A DNA stretch of 64,000 nt from Deltaproteobacteria bacterium (lineage in GTDB: Bacteria > Desulfobacterota > Desulfobacteria > Desulfobacterales > B30-G6). A program made the position numbers and the translations under genes. The stretch's first letter is position 1, and the number at the start of each line of letters is the position of its first letter. The stretch spans positions 44,213 to 108,212 of the forward strand of contig JAJDNW010000033.1 of assembly GCA_022340465.1 (NCBI GenBank), in the 5' to 3' direction. The notes under the pieces were generated by a model that was not told where the DNA came from, ran no database searches, and saw nothing but the letters and a program-made list of their open reading frames with translations. Positions 63,552 to 64,000 of the stretch are shown piece by piece.

Positions 63552-64000
63552 CTACTCCGCCTGCGAAGATGGGACAGCCTGCTCGTCACCGGCAACCCCA
63601 AGATAGGTTTCGTCGTAGTCAGTCAGCAGCGCCATGGAGAGTGGCACCAACAACTCGCCCAAACGGACGTATTTTGAGCCGATGTCACGGGCCAAGCGCT
63701 CCGACAACCGCAACAGCTTTTGTTGAATTACATCGATATTTACCGTTTGATACGGTTCCCCTGCCTTGAAACCACTGAGTCCGCAGGTGCGCCCCTTGCC
63801 GCCGATGGATGTCGGAATCCCGTAAAGGCGGCAGGTTATGGGACGAAACGCATAGAGATCACAGCGGTCTTGAGCATTCAGCAGTGGACACCGTACCCTG
63901 ACGCCAGACAATTCGTTCAAGATCTCCTCTTCGGTTTTACCCCCCTCTAAATCCTTGACCACCTTCCTTTTAAGTTGGTGGATTTTCCGATCGATCCGGT
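63552..64000 (-). CDS. YkgJ/UPF0153-type cysteine-cluster protein, paralog 3 (5' end beyond window)
   Basis: VRCPLLNAQDRCDLYAFRPITCRLYG C-terminal motif. The frame stays open upstream of GTG 63962 to the window edge, and the N-terminal CxxCxxCC motif is not yet seen. Confidence 0.65.
   Translation of the reverse strand, partial: RIDRKIHQLKRKVVKDLEGGKTEEEILNELSGVRVRCPLLNAQDRCDLYAFRPITCRLYGIPTSIGGKGRTCGLSGFKAGEPYQTVNIDVIQQKLLRLSERLARDIGSKYVRLGELLVPLSMALLTDYDETYLGVAGDEQAVPSSQAE

Overview
Gene-dense 64-kb chromosomal segment with about 75 protein-coding genes. I could not recognise any rRNA, tRNA, CRISPR array, transposase or integrase. The gene content suggests an anaerobic Desulfobacterota (Desulfobacterales-like) genome, but that is inference only. 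Supporting content: DUF362/4Fe-4S, CGGC and YkgJ cysteine-cluster proteins, rubredoxin fusion, Na+-decarboxylase beta subunit, SirC/HemX-like/HemA cluster, GC-rich third codon positions. Housekeeping genes: trxB (partial), trmL, clpB, DHH phosphoesterase, hemA cluster, fabD, dksA, rnc, PBP1A, hisI-hisG, engB-era, yhbY, a BMP-type ABC importer and two EamA transporters. Long minus-strand arrays of hydrolase, methyltransferase and oxidoreductase genes are also present. Observations most worth follow-up: (1) A tightly packed four-gene operon at 59515-63003: an RdgC-like protein apparently split into two ORFs, an alpha/beta hydrolase, and a protein with a diadenylate-cyclase-like domain whose RHR motif is degenerate. 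(2) Unusual fusions: PHP phosphoesterase-RNase III and RluA pseudouridine synthase-GNAT. (3) A conserved promoter-plus-leader module present three times upstream of unrelated minus-strand units. (4) A roughly 120-nt palindromic intergenic element present twice, once supplying the last codons of a gene. (5) An ECF/ABC-YkgJ block flanked by two decayed gene remnants, whose tandem ABC ATPase appears to have only one intact ATP site. (6) A recurrent AGCGTTTGG intergenic motif, forming a three-segment alternative-pairing leader at 58854-58975. All functional calls rest on motif reading by eye. No database search was run.
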